The notes below the pieces were generated by a model, which searched no databases, was not told the origin of the DNA, and saw nothing but the letters and a program-made list of their open reading frames with translations. Source: Syntrophaceae bacterium (GTDB taxonomy: Bacteria; Desulfobacterota; Syntrophia; Syntrophales; PHBD01). From it: a stretch of 64,000 bases of DNA. The stretch spans positions 359,734 through 423,733 of the forward strand of contig JABLXX010000005.1 in assembly GCA_013177825.1 (NCBI GenBank). The letters are read 5' to 3'. Position numbers and translations under genes: made by a program. The stretch's first letter is position 1. Every line of letters starts with the position of its first letter. Below are positions 33,665 through 43,669 of this stretch, piece after piece.

Positions 33665-35728
33665 TTACTCCCACTCGAACACAACGGGCTCCCGAAGGAT
33701 CGCCTCCCGGCCCTTTGCCGCCAGCGCCGCCGTTTCCGGGTGGCTCTCGCGGAGCGACATGATCTGCCGGAGGTTGTCCGCCGTACGGAGGACCAGCATG
33801 GCCAGGTCCCCGTCGTTGATCCCGCTCCGGCGGACAATGTCGTCCCATGGAAAGCCGCGTGCCCAGTCGTACACCACGAGGGCCGGCCAGAGACGGAGCG
33901 GCTGGACGGGAAATCCGGCGGCCTTCATCCGGTCCAGCAGAGGCTTGAGGACCGCTGCGACCTTACCCACGGCATCCCGGAATTTTCGCGGGATCTTCTT
34001 CGACTCGAACTTCACATCCTGGTCGCCGTCGTAGACGAAAGGCGCGATGGCGGCGGCGAAGAGCTGCTCGTCTTCCGCCGGAAACGCACCCCGCCGGAGT
34101 CCCTCGGCGATCAGGAGCGGATGGTCAAGCCGCAGCTTCGAGGCCCAAAGGCCGTTCTCCGTCAGCCGGTCGTCTTCTCCGACGAATCCCTCCGCCTTCA
34201 GAAAATCAAGGTGCCGGAGAAAGCCCTCCCAGAGTCCCCGTCCCGGTTTTTTCCCTCTGGCGGCGGCCTGGTAGGCGGCGAAGGACCGCTCGAAGATGAC
34301 CCGCACATCCTCCGGCGTCTGGGACAGAAGCAGGTTCAGGACCATGGAGAAGTCGTTGCGGATCCGGCTTTCGATGGGCTCGGGCTCCCGGAAGAGGAGC
34401 CGCCGTATGTGGGAGACGTCCAGGAAGCGCCCCGGGACGAGGGCCAGGAAGCCGATCTTGTCCTGCCCCCGGCGACCCGCTCGGCCGGTCATCTGGTGGA
34501 AGGCCGTTCCCGTCAGGGGATTGAAGGAGTGGCCGTCGAAAATGTCCGAGTTGAACAGGACAATGGTCCGGGCCGGGAAGTTCACGCCTGCGGCAACCGT
34601 AGAGGTGGCGAAGATGGCCTCCAGGTGGCCCTGCTTCATCATCCGTTCGACCAGGAATTTCCAGGCCGGCAGCTGACCGCCGTGGTGGGCCGCCACGCGC
34701 CAGCGCTGGAGGTCGTGAAGCTGGCGGTGCTGCTCCAGATAGGGGAATCGGGCAAACTGGTCCTGCAGATCGTCCCGGAAGGCCTCGCCGGCATGAACGC
34801 CCGGGCCGCTCCGGCAGGTCTTGAGGGCCCCGTCGCACTCGGACCGGGACTTGAGAAAGAAAATCGCCGGCAGGAGCTTGTACTCCCGGAGCACCCGGAG
34901 GATGTCGCCGAAATGGGGCGGACGGCCGCGGCTCGCCGGAGTGCTTCCGCCACCGACAAACTCGGCCACTTTCCCGTAGAGGCGCCGCTGGTCGAGAAAC
35001 GGCATGACCCGGCCGGAGGGATGCAAAAAAAGGGGGTGGAGGGGAACGGGACGTCCCGTCTCCCGGACGACCCGACAGGGCTTTTCCCGCAGGGAAGCCA
35101 GCCAGGAGGCGATCTCCTCGGCATTGCCGATCGTGGCGGAAAGGAGCAGGAGGTTGATCCGCGTCGGCAGGTAGATCATGATCTCTTCCCAGACGACACC
35201 CCGGTCCGGGTCCCCCAGGTAGTGGGCCTCGTCGAGAATCACCAGGTCGCAGGGCAAATCCTTTCCCTGGTGCATCGCGTCATAAAGCTGATTCCGAAGG
35301 ATCTCCGTCGTTCCGACGATGATCGGCGCATCTGCGTTTTCTTTCGTGTCTCCCGTCAGGATCCCGACATGATCGGCCCCGAAGCGCTGGCCGAACTCCA
35401 CCCACTTGGCATTCGTCAGGGCCTTGAGGGGGGAGGCGTACCAGGCCCGGCCCCCGCGGCGAAAGACGTCCTCGATGGCCTCCTCGGCAATCCAGGTCTT
35501 GCCGGATCCTGTGGGCGCCGTGACGAGGCAGTCGGACTGCCGTACCGCCTCCAGCGCCTCCAGCTGGAAGGGATCGGGAACGAAGGGGGCTTCCGGGGGC
35601 CGGCCGATGCGGGAAAAAACGCTCCGGAGAAGCGGGTCCGCTTCGGGCTTCATGCGAAGGGGCGTTCGTTGGGAACCGCCGGGGCGGGTCCCCCTGCGCC
35701 TCCTGGATCGGGAAAGGGAAGACTGCAT
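33665..35728 (-). CDS. Ski2/HelY-like DEAD/DEAH-box (superfamily 2) helicase
   Basis: Motif I is APTGSGKT, motif II is ILDEAHYLGD and motif III is SAT. QMTGRAGRRG is present. The C-terminal DSHCT-like segment is DGDLAMLVLRTADNLRQ. The start was set at the Met with GGAGG upstream (codon 75 of the tracked ORF, which begins at a GTG at 35950). The start is uncertain by a few nt. Confidence 0.8.
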   Translation of the reverse strand: MQSSLSRSRRRRGTRPGGSQRTPLRMKPEADPLLRSVFSRIGRPPEAPFVPDPFQLEALEAVRQSDCLVTAPTGSGKTWIAEEAIEDVFRRGGRAWYASPLKALTNAKWVEFGQRFGADHVGILTGDTKENADAPIIVGTTEILRNQLYDAMHQGKDLPCDLVILDEAHYLGDPDRGVVWEEIMIYLPTRINLLLLSATIGNAEEIASWLASLREKPCRVVRETGRPVPLHPLFLHPSGRVMPFLDQRRLYGKVAEFVGGGSTPASRGRPPHFGDILRVLREYKLLPAIFFLKSRSECDGALKTCRSGPGVHAGEAFRDDLQDQFARFPYLEQHRQLHDLQRWRVAAHHGGQLPAWKFLVERMMKQGHLEAIFATSTVAAGVNFPARTIVLFNSDIFDGHSFNPLTGTAFHQMTGRAGRRGQDKIGFLALVPGRFLDVSHIRRLLFREPEPIESRIRNDFSMVLNLLLSQTPEDVRVIFERSFAAYQAAARGKKPGRGLWEGFLRHLDFLKAEGFVGEDDRLTENGLWASKLRLDHPLLIAEGLRRGAFPAEDEQLFAAAIAPFVYDGDQDVKFESKKIPRKFRDAVGKVAAVLKPLLDRMKAAGFPVQPLRLWPALVVYDWARGFPWDDIVRRSGINDGDLAMLVLRTADNLRQIMSLRESHPETAALAAKGREAILREPVVFEWE

Positions 35729-35939
35729 ATTCCTCCAGTGTTTATCCGTTGATGGTCCTAGCACAGAAGGGACATGCCGTAAAGGAATGGCGGCAACCTT
35801 TGGTTGACAGGAAATCCGATTCCGCCTAAGTGTTGCTGCTCCGGGGCGATTCCGTCGAACACCCCGGAGCAAACAAACCCGGGATCCCCGTGGAGCCGGA
35901 AGGTCTCCGCAAGGGTCCGGAAAGAAGCATTGGATATCC

Positions 35940-37193
35940 ATGAAACGCACTGCAATCTACTGGGGCTGGTACGTGGTCTTCGGGGCCTTCGTCCTGATGG
36001 GCCTCAACCACGGCACAACCTATTGTTTCACCATCTTCGTCAAACCCGTCACGACCGACCTTTCCTGGTCCCGTTCGGCCATCTCCCTCGCTCCGTCCAT
36101 CACGATGATCGTTTACGGAATCGGCGGGATCTTCTCCGGCAGGCTCCTGGACCGGGTCGCCCCCCGCTGGGTCATGACCTTCGGAGCCGTGACCCTGTCA
36201 GCGGCCCTCTTTCTGACGGGATTCGTCCGGGAGCCCTGGCATCTGTACCTTACATACGGACTCCTCGGCGGGATCGGCACCTCCTGCCTGGGGGCGGTCG
36301 TGGGCAGCTCCACCGTCGGCAAATGGTTCCAGCGGAAGCGGGGCATCGCCATCGGCATCGCCTCCATCGGTATCGGCATCGGCAGCATGCTCCTCGCCCC
36401 GCTGGTCGGTTATGCCGTCAAGCACTGGGGATGGCCCTGGGGATTCTGGATCCTCGGCGGCCTCGTCCTCGTGCTCGGCGTCGTCACGGCGCAGACCCTG
36501 ATGGGAAAGACGAGGCCGGAAGACTACGGCATGCATCCCGACGGGGAGGCACCCCCTTCGCATCCGGAACGGACACCCCCGCCTTCAACGGCGCCCGGCG
36601 TTCCGATGACTCAGGTTCTCCGCGACCCGCAGTACTGGGTTCTCAGCCTGTGCTTCACCTTCGCCCTTGTGGCCCAGATCTCGGCCTTTGTACACCAGAC
36701 GGCCTTCGCCATGGAACTCAATATCGACCTGATGCAGGCGGCCCTCCTGCCGGGATACATCGGGTTGGCCAGCATCGGGGGACGCTTTTTCTTCGGGTGG
36801 CTTTCGGATCGGCTCCGGGACGCAAAATATGCCGCATGCCTCGGCTTTCTCTTTATGGCCTCCGGCGTGGCCGTTCTTCTCATGGCCGCCACGATGAACC
36901 ACATGATCCTGTACGCCCTGCTCTTCGGCTTCGGCTACGGGTGCATCGCTCCCCTGATGCCGTATCTCCTGGCGGATCGCTTTGGCAGCCTCGTACTCGG
37001 GGCCTCCTACGGCCTGTTGACATTTTTTGTCGCCGGCATCGGCGGCAGCGTGGGGGCAATCATCAGCGGCATGATTTACGACCGCCTCGGGTCCTACACG
37101 GCGGCCTGGTGGATGGACCTGATCCTCCTTCTGGCGGCGGCGCTCCTGGTGGCTTCCCTGAAACCATCCCGTCTGAGAACCGAAAAACCTTGA
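35940..37193 (+). CDS. MFS transporter (oxalate/formate antiporter-like family)
   Basis: 417 aa with 12 TM segments. The N-terminus is MKRTAIYWGWYVVFGAFVLMGLNHGTTYCFTIF and the GRLLDR motif lies in loop 2-3. Confidence 0.8.
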   Translation: MKRTAIYWGWYVVFGAFVLMGLNHGTTYCFTIFVKPVTTDLSWSRSAISLAPSITMIVYGIGGIFSGRLLDRVAPRWVMTFGAVTLSAALFLTGFVREPWHLYLTYGLLGGIGTSCLGAVVGSSTVGKWFQRKRGIAIGIASIGIGIGSMLLAPLVGYAVKHWGWPWGFWILGGLVLVLGVVTAQTLMGKTRPEDYGMHPDGEAPPSHPERTPPPSTAPGVPMTQVLRDPQYWVLSLCFTFALVAQISAFVHQTAFAMELNIDLMQAALLPGYIGLASIGGRFFFGWLSDRLRDAKYAACLGFLFMASGVAVLLMAATMNHMILYALLFGFGYGCIAPLMPYLLADRFGSLVLGASYGLLTFFVAGIGGSVGAIISGMIYDRLGSYTAAWWMDLILLLAAALLVASLKPSRLRTEKP

Positions 37194-37302
37194 CCCGCGG
37201 GAATCCCTGCATATATTTGCCGGGAAAGATTCTGGCACGGTTTCCCGGACTTCCGGGCGAAGACGCCCGGAACCGCTGATTTTCCCGAAAAGGCCCTGAC
37301 GC

Positions 37303-39576
37303 ATGAAGGAAGAAGGGGTTCCTCTCTCGACACTCAAGGAAGGCGATGCAGCGTACGTCCATGCTCTCACCGGCGGGAACGCCTTCGTGTCGCGTCTTGC
37401 CTCCATGGGGATCGCACAGTCAACGCGGCTGAAAGTCTTCCGCCGCGGCGGAGGAGGACCGATCATCGTCCAGGTCGGGGACGGCCGGGTCGCCCTGGGA
37501 ACGGGAGAGGCGGACAAAATCCTGGTCCATGTCATTCCGGGGCCTCCCGAAGAGCCTCCCCCGGAAAAGGAGGACAGCCGACGGCTTCTCGTCGCCCTGG
37601 CGGGCCAGCCCAACATCGGCAAATCCACCATCTTCAACATCCTCACCGGGCTGTCCCAGCACGTGGGAAACTGGCCGGGGAAAACGGTGGAAAAGAAAGA
37701 GGGAATCCACCGCTCCGGGGAAGTGGAGATGCGGATCGTGGACCTCCCCGGAACGTACAGCCTCACGGCCTGCTCCGAGGAGGAAAAGGTCGCCCGGGAT
37801 TTCATCATCCACGAGAGCCCCGACGTGATCGTTCTCCTGGTCAATGCAGCGGCGCTCGAGCGGAGCCTTTACCTGCTGACGGAGCTCCTGCTTCTTGGCC
37901 CCCCCGTCGTCATCGCCCTGAACATGCTGGATGTGGCGGAGGACCAGGGGATCTCCATCGATACCAAGGCCCTCCAGGACTCCCTGGGTATCCCCGTGGT
38001 CCCCATGGTGGCCGTGAAGAACCGCGGCGTCCGGGAGCTGGTAACCAAGGTGATCGCCCTGCAGAAAGGGGAGGTCCCCTACCACCCCAGCATCCCTGGC
38101 GTCTCCAGGGACCATCGCGCCATCTACCGGGAGATCGCTGATCTGGTGAGCAAGCACTTTCCCGAGTCACTCCCCGCAAACACCTGCGGGTACAATGCCC
38201 AGTGGGTGGCCATCAAGCTGATGGAGGGGGACCCGGAGATCACCCGCCTTGTGGAGGCAGAGATCCCCACCGACATCCGGAGCCGGATCCAGACGCTCCT
38301 GATCCAGCATGAAGACGCCCTCCATGCCGTCGTCGGGGGACGCTATGACTGGATCGAAGAGGTCACCAGGGCGGCCATCTCCCGGTTCCGCATGGGCGAG
38401 GTCGTCCTGACGGACCGCATCGACCACATCCTGACCCGGCCGGTCTTCGGCATTCCGATTCTGCTGGGAGCCTTCGGGCTGATTTTCGGCGCCACCTACC
38501 TGATCGGGTTTCCTCTTCAAAAACTTCTGGAGGAATTGTTCTCCTCCGCGGCACAATCGCTGGGGACCTGGATGGGCGGCGCCCACCCCTGGCTGAAGGG
38601 TATCCTGGTCGAGGGCGTTTTCGGCGGAGTGGGATCGGTCCTGACGTTTGTCCCGATCCTGTTGATTTTCTTCCTGTTCCTTGCCGTCCTGGAGGACGTG
38701 GGATACATGGCCCGGGCGGCCTTCGTCATGGACCGGTTCATGCACCTGATCGGCCTCCACGGGAAGAGCTTCATTCCCCTGTGCCTCGGCTTCGGCTGCA
38801 ATGTCCCCGCGGTCATGGGGGCCCGGATCATCGAATCCCGGAAGGAGAGGCTCCTGACCATGTTCCTCTCCCCCTTCGTCCCCTGCACGGCGCGTCTGGC
38901 GGTCCTGACCTTCGTCTCCGCCGCCGTCTTCGGAACCCGGGCCGCCCTGGTCGCCTGGTCCGTCCTCACGGCCAACATCCTCCTCCTGGGAATCGTGGGC
39001 ATGACGGCCAGCCGGTTTTTCCTCAAAGGGGAGCCGATGCCCTTCATCATGGAGCTGCCCCTCTACCACAAGCCGAACCTGCGGACGATCTTCGCCGTCG
39101 TGTGGTTCAGGATGGCCGCCTTCATCCGGAAGGCCGGGACGATCATCCTGGCCGTCTCCGTGGCGGTGTGGATTCTCTCCCACTGGCCGGGTGCAACCGT
39201 GGAGGAGAGCGCCCTCGCCTGGATCGGGCGGCTGCTGGAGCCCTTGGGCGGCCCCCTGGGACTCGACTGGAAGCTGATCGTCGCCCTCCTGACGAGCATC
39301 GTGGCCAAGGAGAACGCCATCGCCACCCTGGGCGTCCTCTACGGCGTCGGTGACGCGGGGCTGGTCAACGTCCTGCCGCAGGTTCTCGCCCCGGCCTCCG
39401 CCCTGGCCTTCCTGGTGGTCCTGATGCTCTTCGTTCCCTGCGCGGCTACCTTGGCGGTGCTGCGCCGGGAGATGGACAGTTGGCGGTGGTTCTCGGCATC
39501 GTTTGCCGCCATGCTGGTTCTTTCCATTGCCGCGGGGATCGCATCCTTTCACCTGGCCCGGATGCTCGGCCTCTAA
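37303..39576 (+). CDS. feoB: Ferrous iron transporter, FeoA-FeoB fusion
   Basis: The N-terminal ~80 aa form a FeoA SH3-like domain (LKEGDAAYV...GDGRVALG). A G-domain follows (GQPNIGKSTIFN, DLPGTYSL, LNMLD). The polytopic gate domains complete the protein. Confidence 0.9.
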   Translation: MKEEGVPLSTLKEGDAAYVHALTGGNAFVSRLASMGIAQSTRLKVFRRGGGGPIIVQVGDGRVALGTGEADKILVHVIPGPPEEPPPEKEDSRRLLVALAGQPNIGKSTIFNILTGLSQHVGNWPGKTVEKKEGIHRSGEVEMRIVDLPGTYSLTACSEEEKVARDFIIHESPDVIVLLVNAAALERSLYLLTELLLLGPPVVIALNMLDVAEDQGISIDTKALQDSLGIPVVPMVAVKNRGVRELVTKVIALQKGEVPYHPSIPGVSRDHRAIYREIADLVSKHFPESLPANTCGYNAQWVAIKLMEGDPEITRLVEAEIPTDIRSRIQTLLIQHEDALHAVVGGRYDWIEEVTRAAISRFRMGEVVLTDRIDHILTRPVFGIPILLGAFGLIFGATYLIGFPLQKLLEELFSSAAQSLGTWMGGAHPWLKGILVEGVFGGVGSVLTFVPILLIFFLFLAVLEDVGYMARAAFVMDRFMHLIGLHGKSFIPLCLGFGCNVPAVMGARIIESRKERLLTMFLSPFVPCTARLAVLTFVSAAVFGTRAALVAWSVLTANILLLGIVGMTASRFFLKGEPMPFIMELPLYHKPNLRTIFAVVWFRMAAFIRKAGTIILAVSVAVWILSHWPGATVEESALAWIGRLLEPLGGPLGLDWKLIVALLTSIVAKENAIATLGVLYGVGDAGLVNVLPQVLAPASALAFLVVLMLFVPCAATLAVLRREMDSWRWFSASFAAMLVLSIAAGIASFHLARMLGL

Positions 39577-39638
39577 TCCGGAAGACAGGCCGCGGCCGAT
39601 TCTCGTCATTGACAGACCCCGGGAAAAAGGCTAATCAC

Positions 39639-40133
39639 GTGCAGACCCATCCTGTTTCCCCTGAAGGCGGATTTCTGGTCGAGAAACTGATCAAGGCGAC
39701 GGCGGCGGGCCTCGGCCTGGGATATTTCCCGGTTGCGCCCGGAACGGCGGGGACCTTGCTGGGTATCCCCCTGTTCCTGGTCCTTTCTCCCCTGTCCCCA
39801 CCGATTTTCCTGGCGGTCCTTTTCGGATGCACCTGGGGGGCTTTCTGGATCACCGGACGGGCGGAAAAGATCTTTCAGGAGAAGGATTCCCCGAAGATCG
39901 TCCTCGACGAAATCGTCGGTTTCCTGTGGACCATGAGTTTCATTTCCCCCACGCCGGCCCACCTGGCAGCGGGGTTTTTGCTCTTCCGCCTCCTTGACAT
40001 TACGAAGCCCTTTCCCGCCGGTTACCTTCAGCGAAAGGCGCCCGGCGGATACGGAGTCGTACTGGACGACGTGGCGGCGGGCATCTATGGAAACATCCTC
40101 CTTCACCTGGCGATCGGTGTGTTCGGGCAGTAA
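39639..40133 (+). CDS. pgpA: Phosphatidylglycerophosphatase A
   Basis: Contains GLGYFPVAPGTAGTLLGIP, DEIVGF, FRLLDITKPFP and LDDVAAGIY motifs. The start was placed at the GTG at 39639, because the tracked ORF start overlaps feoB. Confidence 0.8.
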   Translation: MQTHPVSPEGGFLVEKLIKATAAGLGLGYFPVAPGTAGTLLGIPLFLVLSPLSPPIFLAVLFGCTWGAFWITGRAEKIFQEKDSPKIVLDEIVGFLWTMSFISPTPAHLAAGFLLFRLLDITKPFPAGYLQRKAPGGYGVVLDDVAAGIYGNILLHLAIGVFGQ

Positions 40134-40184
40134 CTCCCTGCACCCGCCATTGCCCCGACCCGGCGGTTCCGGATCATCAAGGTC

Positions 40185-41441
40185 ATGAAGATAGCCGTAC
40201 TTACCATTGGAAACGAGCTGACGGGCGGACGGATCCGGGACGCCAACGCCGCCCTGATCGCCCGGACCGCCAAGGCCCGGGGCTGGCAGGTCCCGGTCAT
40301 GATGAGCGTAGGAGACCGGGCGGACGCAATCGGCGGCGCCCTGAAGCACGTGCTTTCCCTGGCCGATGCCGTGATCGTCACCGGCGGGCTCGGCCCCACG
40401 GCCGACGACATCACGACGGCGGCCGTGGCGCAGGCCTTCGGTCTCGATCTGTACACCGATGAGGCGGTCCTGGCGCATGTCCGGGGCATCTTCGAGAGAT
40501 ACCGCCTGAGATGGACGGAGAACAACGCGAAGCAGGCCGTCTTCCCCGCCGGAGCGGAGGTGATCCCGAACCCGACCGGGACGGCCGCCGGATTCGCCGT
40601 CCGGACGGACGGGAAGATTGTCGCTGTGATTCCGGGCGTTCCCGCGGAGGTCCAGCGGATGCTCCCGGAGGGAGTCCTGCCTCTCCTCGCAAAAGCCTTT
40701 CCCGGCAGCGATCCATTTGTCAGGAGCAGGACCCTCAAGGCCTTCGGTCTCTCGGAAGCGGCCGTGGATCAGGCACTGGCCGACCTGGATTTTGCGGCTC
40801 GCGGGGTCGATGTCGGCTTCTACCCAAACTTTCCCGAGAACCACATCGCGCTGACCGTCCGGCACGAACGGAAGGAAGAAGCGGACAAACTCCTGGAAGC
40901 GGCGGTGCGGGACGTCGAAAGCCGGCTTGCCCGGCACATCTTCGCCCGGGACGACGAGACCCTCGAAGGAGTCGCAGGGGCTCTCCTGACGGAGCAGAAA
41001 AAGACCCTCGCCGTGGCGGAATCCTGCACGGGCGGGCTAATCGCCGACCGCCTCACCGATGTCCCCGGCAGTTCCGTCTATTTCGAGCGCGGCCTCGTAA
41101 CCTACAGCAACGCCGCCAAAAGGGATCTTCTGGGGGTGCCGGACGACATCCTCCTGCGGCACGGCGCGGTGAGCGAGGAGACCGCCCGCCTCATGGCAGA
41201 GGGGGTACGGCGGATTTCGGGAACGGACCTGGGGCTGGCCTCCACGGGCATCGCCGGCCCCACGGGAGGAACGGAGGATAAACCGGTGGGGACGGTCTTC
41301 ATCGCCTTGGCCGACGGCCGGGAGACCTTCTGCCGCCGCTTCGGTTTCCGGTGGAACCGTCGCCGGAACAAGGTCATGACGGCCCAGACGGCCCTGATCC
41401 TTCTGCTGCGCTACCTGAAAGGAGAACCGGACGATGCCTGA
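40185..41441 (+). CDS. cinA: CinA family protein (competence/damage-inducible; MoCF-binding + nicotinamide-nucleotide amidase domains)
   Basis: The N-terminus is MKIAVLTIGNELTGGRIRDAN. TGGLGPTADDIT is present. The C-terminal PncC-type domain contains AVAESCTGGL and GIAGPTGG. Confidence 0.85.
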   Translation: MKIAVLTIGNELTGGRIRDANAALIARTAKARGWQVPVMMSVGDRADAIGGALKHVLSLADAVIVTGGLGPTADDITTAAVAQAFGLDLYTDEAVLAHVRGIFERYRLRWTENNAKQAVFPAGAEVIPNPTGTAAGFAVRTDGKIVAVIPGVPAEVQRMLPEGVLPLLAKAFPGSDPFVRSRTLKAFGLSEAAVDQALADLDFAARGVDVGFYPNFPENHIALTVRHERKEEADKLLEAAVRDVESRLARHIFARDDETLEGVAGALLTEQKKTLAVAESCTGGLIADRLTDVPGSSVYFERGLVTYSNAAKRDLLGVPDDILLRHGAVSEETARLMAEGVRRISGTDLGLASTGIAGPTGGTEDKPVGTVFIALADGRETFCRRFGFRWNRRRNKVMTAQTALILLLRYLKGEPDDA

Positions 41442-42036
41442 GGAAAAGAACATCCGTGCGTTTCTGGCCATCGACCCGCCGGATGAGGTTCTCCGGCAGA
41501 TCGGCGCCCACCAGGAGCGCCTGAAGCGCAAGATCCAGGGGGTGATTTCCTGGGCGCGTCCCCGGGGAATGCACCTGACCCTGAAATTCTTCGGGGACAT
41601 TGCACCGGCTGACGTGGAGCGCATCTCCCGGGAGGTGGAGCCCCTCGCCCTGGGTACGTCTCCAATTCACATCGAGGTGCAGAAAATGGGCGTCTTCCCC
41701 GACTCGAACCGGCCACGGGTCCTCTGGGTGGGCATGGAGGGGGACATCCATCACCTCACGGTCCTGCAGAAATCCATCGAAGGTGCCCTGGATGCACAGG
41801 GATTCCCCCGGGAGGCCCGCCCGTTCCGGCCGCATCTCACCCTGGGACGGATCAAGACGCCCAGGGGACTCATCGGCCTGGCAAAGGCAATGGAGGAAGC
41901 GGCCGACTGGGCGGCGGGAGGGTTCATCGCCCGGGAGCTCTGCCTGTTCAAGAGCGACCTTTTGCCCCAGGGCGCCGTTTACACGAAGCTCGCATCCTAT
42001 CCCTTCGGAAAGGAGCGCCGGCGGGACGATTCCTGA
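41434..42036 (+). CDS. thpR: RNA 2',3'-cyclic phosphodiesterase (2H family, ThpR/LigT)
   Basis: Two HxTx motifs are present (HLTLKFFG and HLTLGRI) at the expected spacing. Confidence 0.85.
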   Translation: MPEEKNIRAFLAIDPPDEVLRQIGAHQERLKRKIQGVISWARPRGMHLTLKFFGDIAPADVERISREVEPLALGTSPIHIEVQKMGVFPDSNRPRVLWVGMEGDIHHLTVLQKSIEGALDAQGFPREARPFRPHLTLGRIKTPRGLIGLAKAMEEAADWAAGGFIARELCLFKSDLLPQGAVYTKLASYPFGKERRRDDS

Positions 42037-42107
42037 TCCCCTGCCGGAAACGGATTGCAAAAAATCGCGGCACGTTGCCGAATCAAATTATTATCAGGGA
42101 GGAAACG

Positions 42108-43181
42108 ATGACATCGGACTTCAATCGGGAGAAAGCGGTGGACCTGGCCATCAGCCAGATCGAGCGTCAGTTCGGAAAGGGCGCAATCATGCGCCTCGGC
42201 GGCGGCGAGCCTCCGGCAGACGTGCCGGCCATCCCCACGGGATCCCTGAGCCTGGACATCGCGCTGGGCGTCGGCGGCGTCCCGAGGGGGCGGATCATCG
42301 AGATCTTCGGCCCCGAATCGGGCGGGAAGACCACCCTGGCTCTCCACATTGTCGCGGAGGCCCAGAAACAGAGCGGACTGGCCGCCTTCATCGACGCCGA
42401 GCATGCCCTGGACGTCACCTACGCCCGGAAGATCGGCGTGGACACCGACGACCTCCTCATCTCCCAGCCCGACTCGGGAGAGCAGGCCCTGGAGATCGCC
42501 GAGACCCTCGTCCGCAGCGGCGCCCTGGATGTCCTGGTGGTGGACTCGGTGGCGGCCCTCGTCCCGAAGGCGGAACTGGAAGGGGACATGGGGGACGCCC
42601 AGATGGGTCTCCAGGCCCGCCTGATGTCCCAGGCCCTGCGAAAACTAACGGGGAGCATCAGCAAGTCGAAGACCACGGTCATCTTCATCAACCAGCTCCG
42701 GATGAAGATCGGCGTCTTTTTCGGCAACCCCGAGACGACGACCGGAGGGAACGCCCTGAAGTTCTACGCCTCCCAGCGGCTCGACATCCGGAAGGTTACG
42801 TCCATCAAGGAAGGACAGGACGTCGTCGGCATGCGAACGAAAGTGAAGGTGGTCAAAAACAAGGTGGCCCCGCCGTTCCGGGAGACCGAGTTCGACATCC
42901 TCTTCGGCGTGGGCATCTCCAGGGAGGGCGACATCCTCGACCTGGCCGCGGAGAGCGGCATCGTCGAGAAGAGCGGTGCCTGGTATTCCTACAAGGGGGA
43001 GCGCCTGGGGCAGGGTCGTGACAACACCCGGAACATGCTGAAGGAAAATACCGCCATGCTCCATGAAATCGAAGACCTCGTGCGGGAGAAATTCGGAATC
43101 GGGATCGCTGCGAAGGCGCCCGATTCCGCCGCAAAAAGTGAGAAACACCCTGGAAAGCCGGAAAAAACGCCCCGGACATGA
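42108..43181 (+). CDS. recA: Recombinase RecA
   Basis: Contains [36 protein letters not shown] and [16 protein letters not shown]. The start at 42108 has GGGAGGAAACG upstream. Confidence 0.97.
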   Translation: MTSDFNREKAVDLAISQIERQFGKGAIMRLGGGEPPADVPAIPTGSLSLDIALGVGGVPRGRIIEIFGPESGGKTTLALHIVAEAQKQSGLAAFIDAEHALDVTYARKIGVDTDDLLISQPDSGEQALEIAETLVRSGALDVLVVDSVAALVPKAELEGDMGDAQMGLQARLMSQALRKLTGSISKSKTTVIFINQLRMKIGVFFGNPETTTGGNALKFYASQRLDIRKVTSIKEGQDVVGMRTKVKVVKNKVAPPFRETEFDILFGVGISREGDILDLAAESGIVEKSGAWYSYKGERLGQGRDNTRNMLKENTAMLHEIEDLVREKFGIGIAAKAPDSAAKSEKHPGKPEKTPRT

Positions 43182-43669
43182 CCGAAGAAGAGCCGTCCTA
43201 CGCGAAGGCCCTGCAGAAGGCCTTCCGCGCCCTCGCCGCCCGCGACCGGAGCGAGCGGGAGATCCGGACTCGCCTGAAAACGGGGAAGTTCGACGACGGA
43301 ACCGTTGACAGCGTCGTCAAAAGGCTTTATGAACTCGGGTACCTGGACGATGCAGCCGTCGCCCGGCGCTGGGCCCGGAATCTGGCGGCGGAGCGTCTGA
43401 TGAGCAACCGCCGGATCGAGGCACGCCTTGCCGAAAGAGGGCTGGAGCGGGGCGCCGTCCGGGATGCCCTGGAGGAGGTCCGGCGGGAAATATCCGAAGC
43501 GGCAGCGGTCCGAAAGATCCTGCGCAAGGAGATAGGCCGGACGCCGCTTCCGGCCGGCACGAAGGAACGCCAGAAAATGGTCCGCCGCCTGATGGGGCTG
43601 GGGTTTCCCCCCGAGGCGGTCTTCGACAATATCAGAGAAATCGGGAACGAGGAGGAAGACATTCCATGA
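43178..43669 (+). CDS. recX: Recombination regulator RecX
   Basis: Lies immediately downstream of recA (ATGA overlap). Contains [16 protein letters not shown] and [13 protein letters not shown] helical repeats. Confidence 0.85.
   Translation: MTEEEPSYAKALQKAFRALAARDRSEREIRTRLKTGKFDDGTVDSVVKRLYELGYLDDAAVARRWARNLAAERLMSNRRIEARLAERGLERGAVRDALEEVRREISEAAAVRKILRKEIGRTPLPAGTKERQKMVRRLMGLGFPPEAVFDNIREIGNEEEDIP

Noticed and set aside
33593-35752. 719-aa plus-strand ORF covering the helicase locus
   Set aside because: It is antisense to an ORF with clear SF2 helicase motifs (GSGKT, DEAH, SAT, QMTGRAGRRG). Its translation is Arg/Pro/Gly/Glu-rich low-complexity sequence, typical of off-frame reading in GC-rich DNA.
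37233-37247. TGGCAC hexamer upstream of feoAB (and another at 4960-4965 upstream of the flippase operon) as possible sigma54 promoters
   Set aside because: Neither has a GC dinucleotide at the required -12 position. The sequences 12 nt downstream read CCCG and CCCC, so they do not fit the -24/-12 consensus.
35804-37279. 491-aa plus-strand ORF overlapping the MFS transporter in another frame, and the 419-aa minus ORF 36585-37844
   Set aside because: Both translations are Arg/Pro/Gly-rich with no hydrophobic pattern. The 35940-37193 frame gives a clean 12-TM MFS protein.
38167-39609. 480-aa minus-strand ORF
   Set aside because: It is antisense to feoB. The composition is dominated by G/D/E/R/P/Q with no motifs, so it is a GC-rich shadow ORF.
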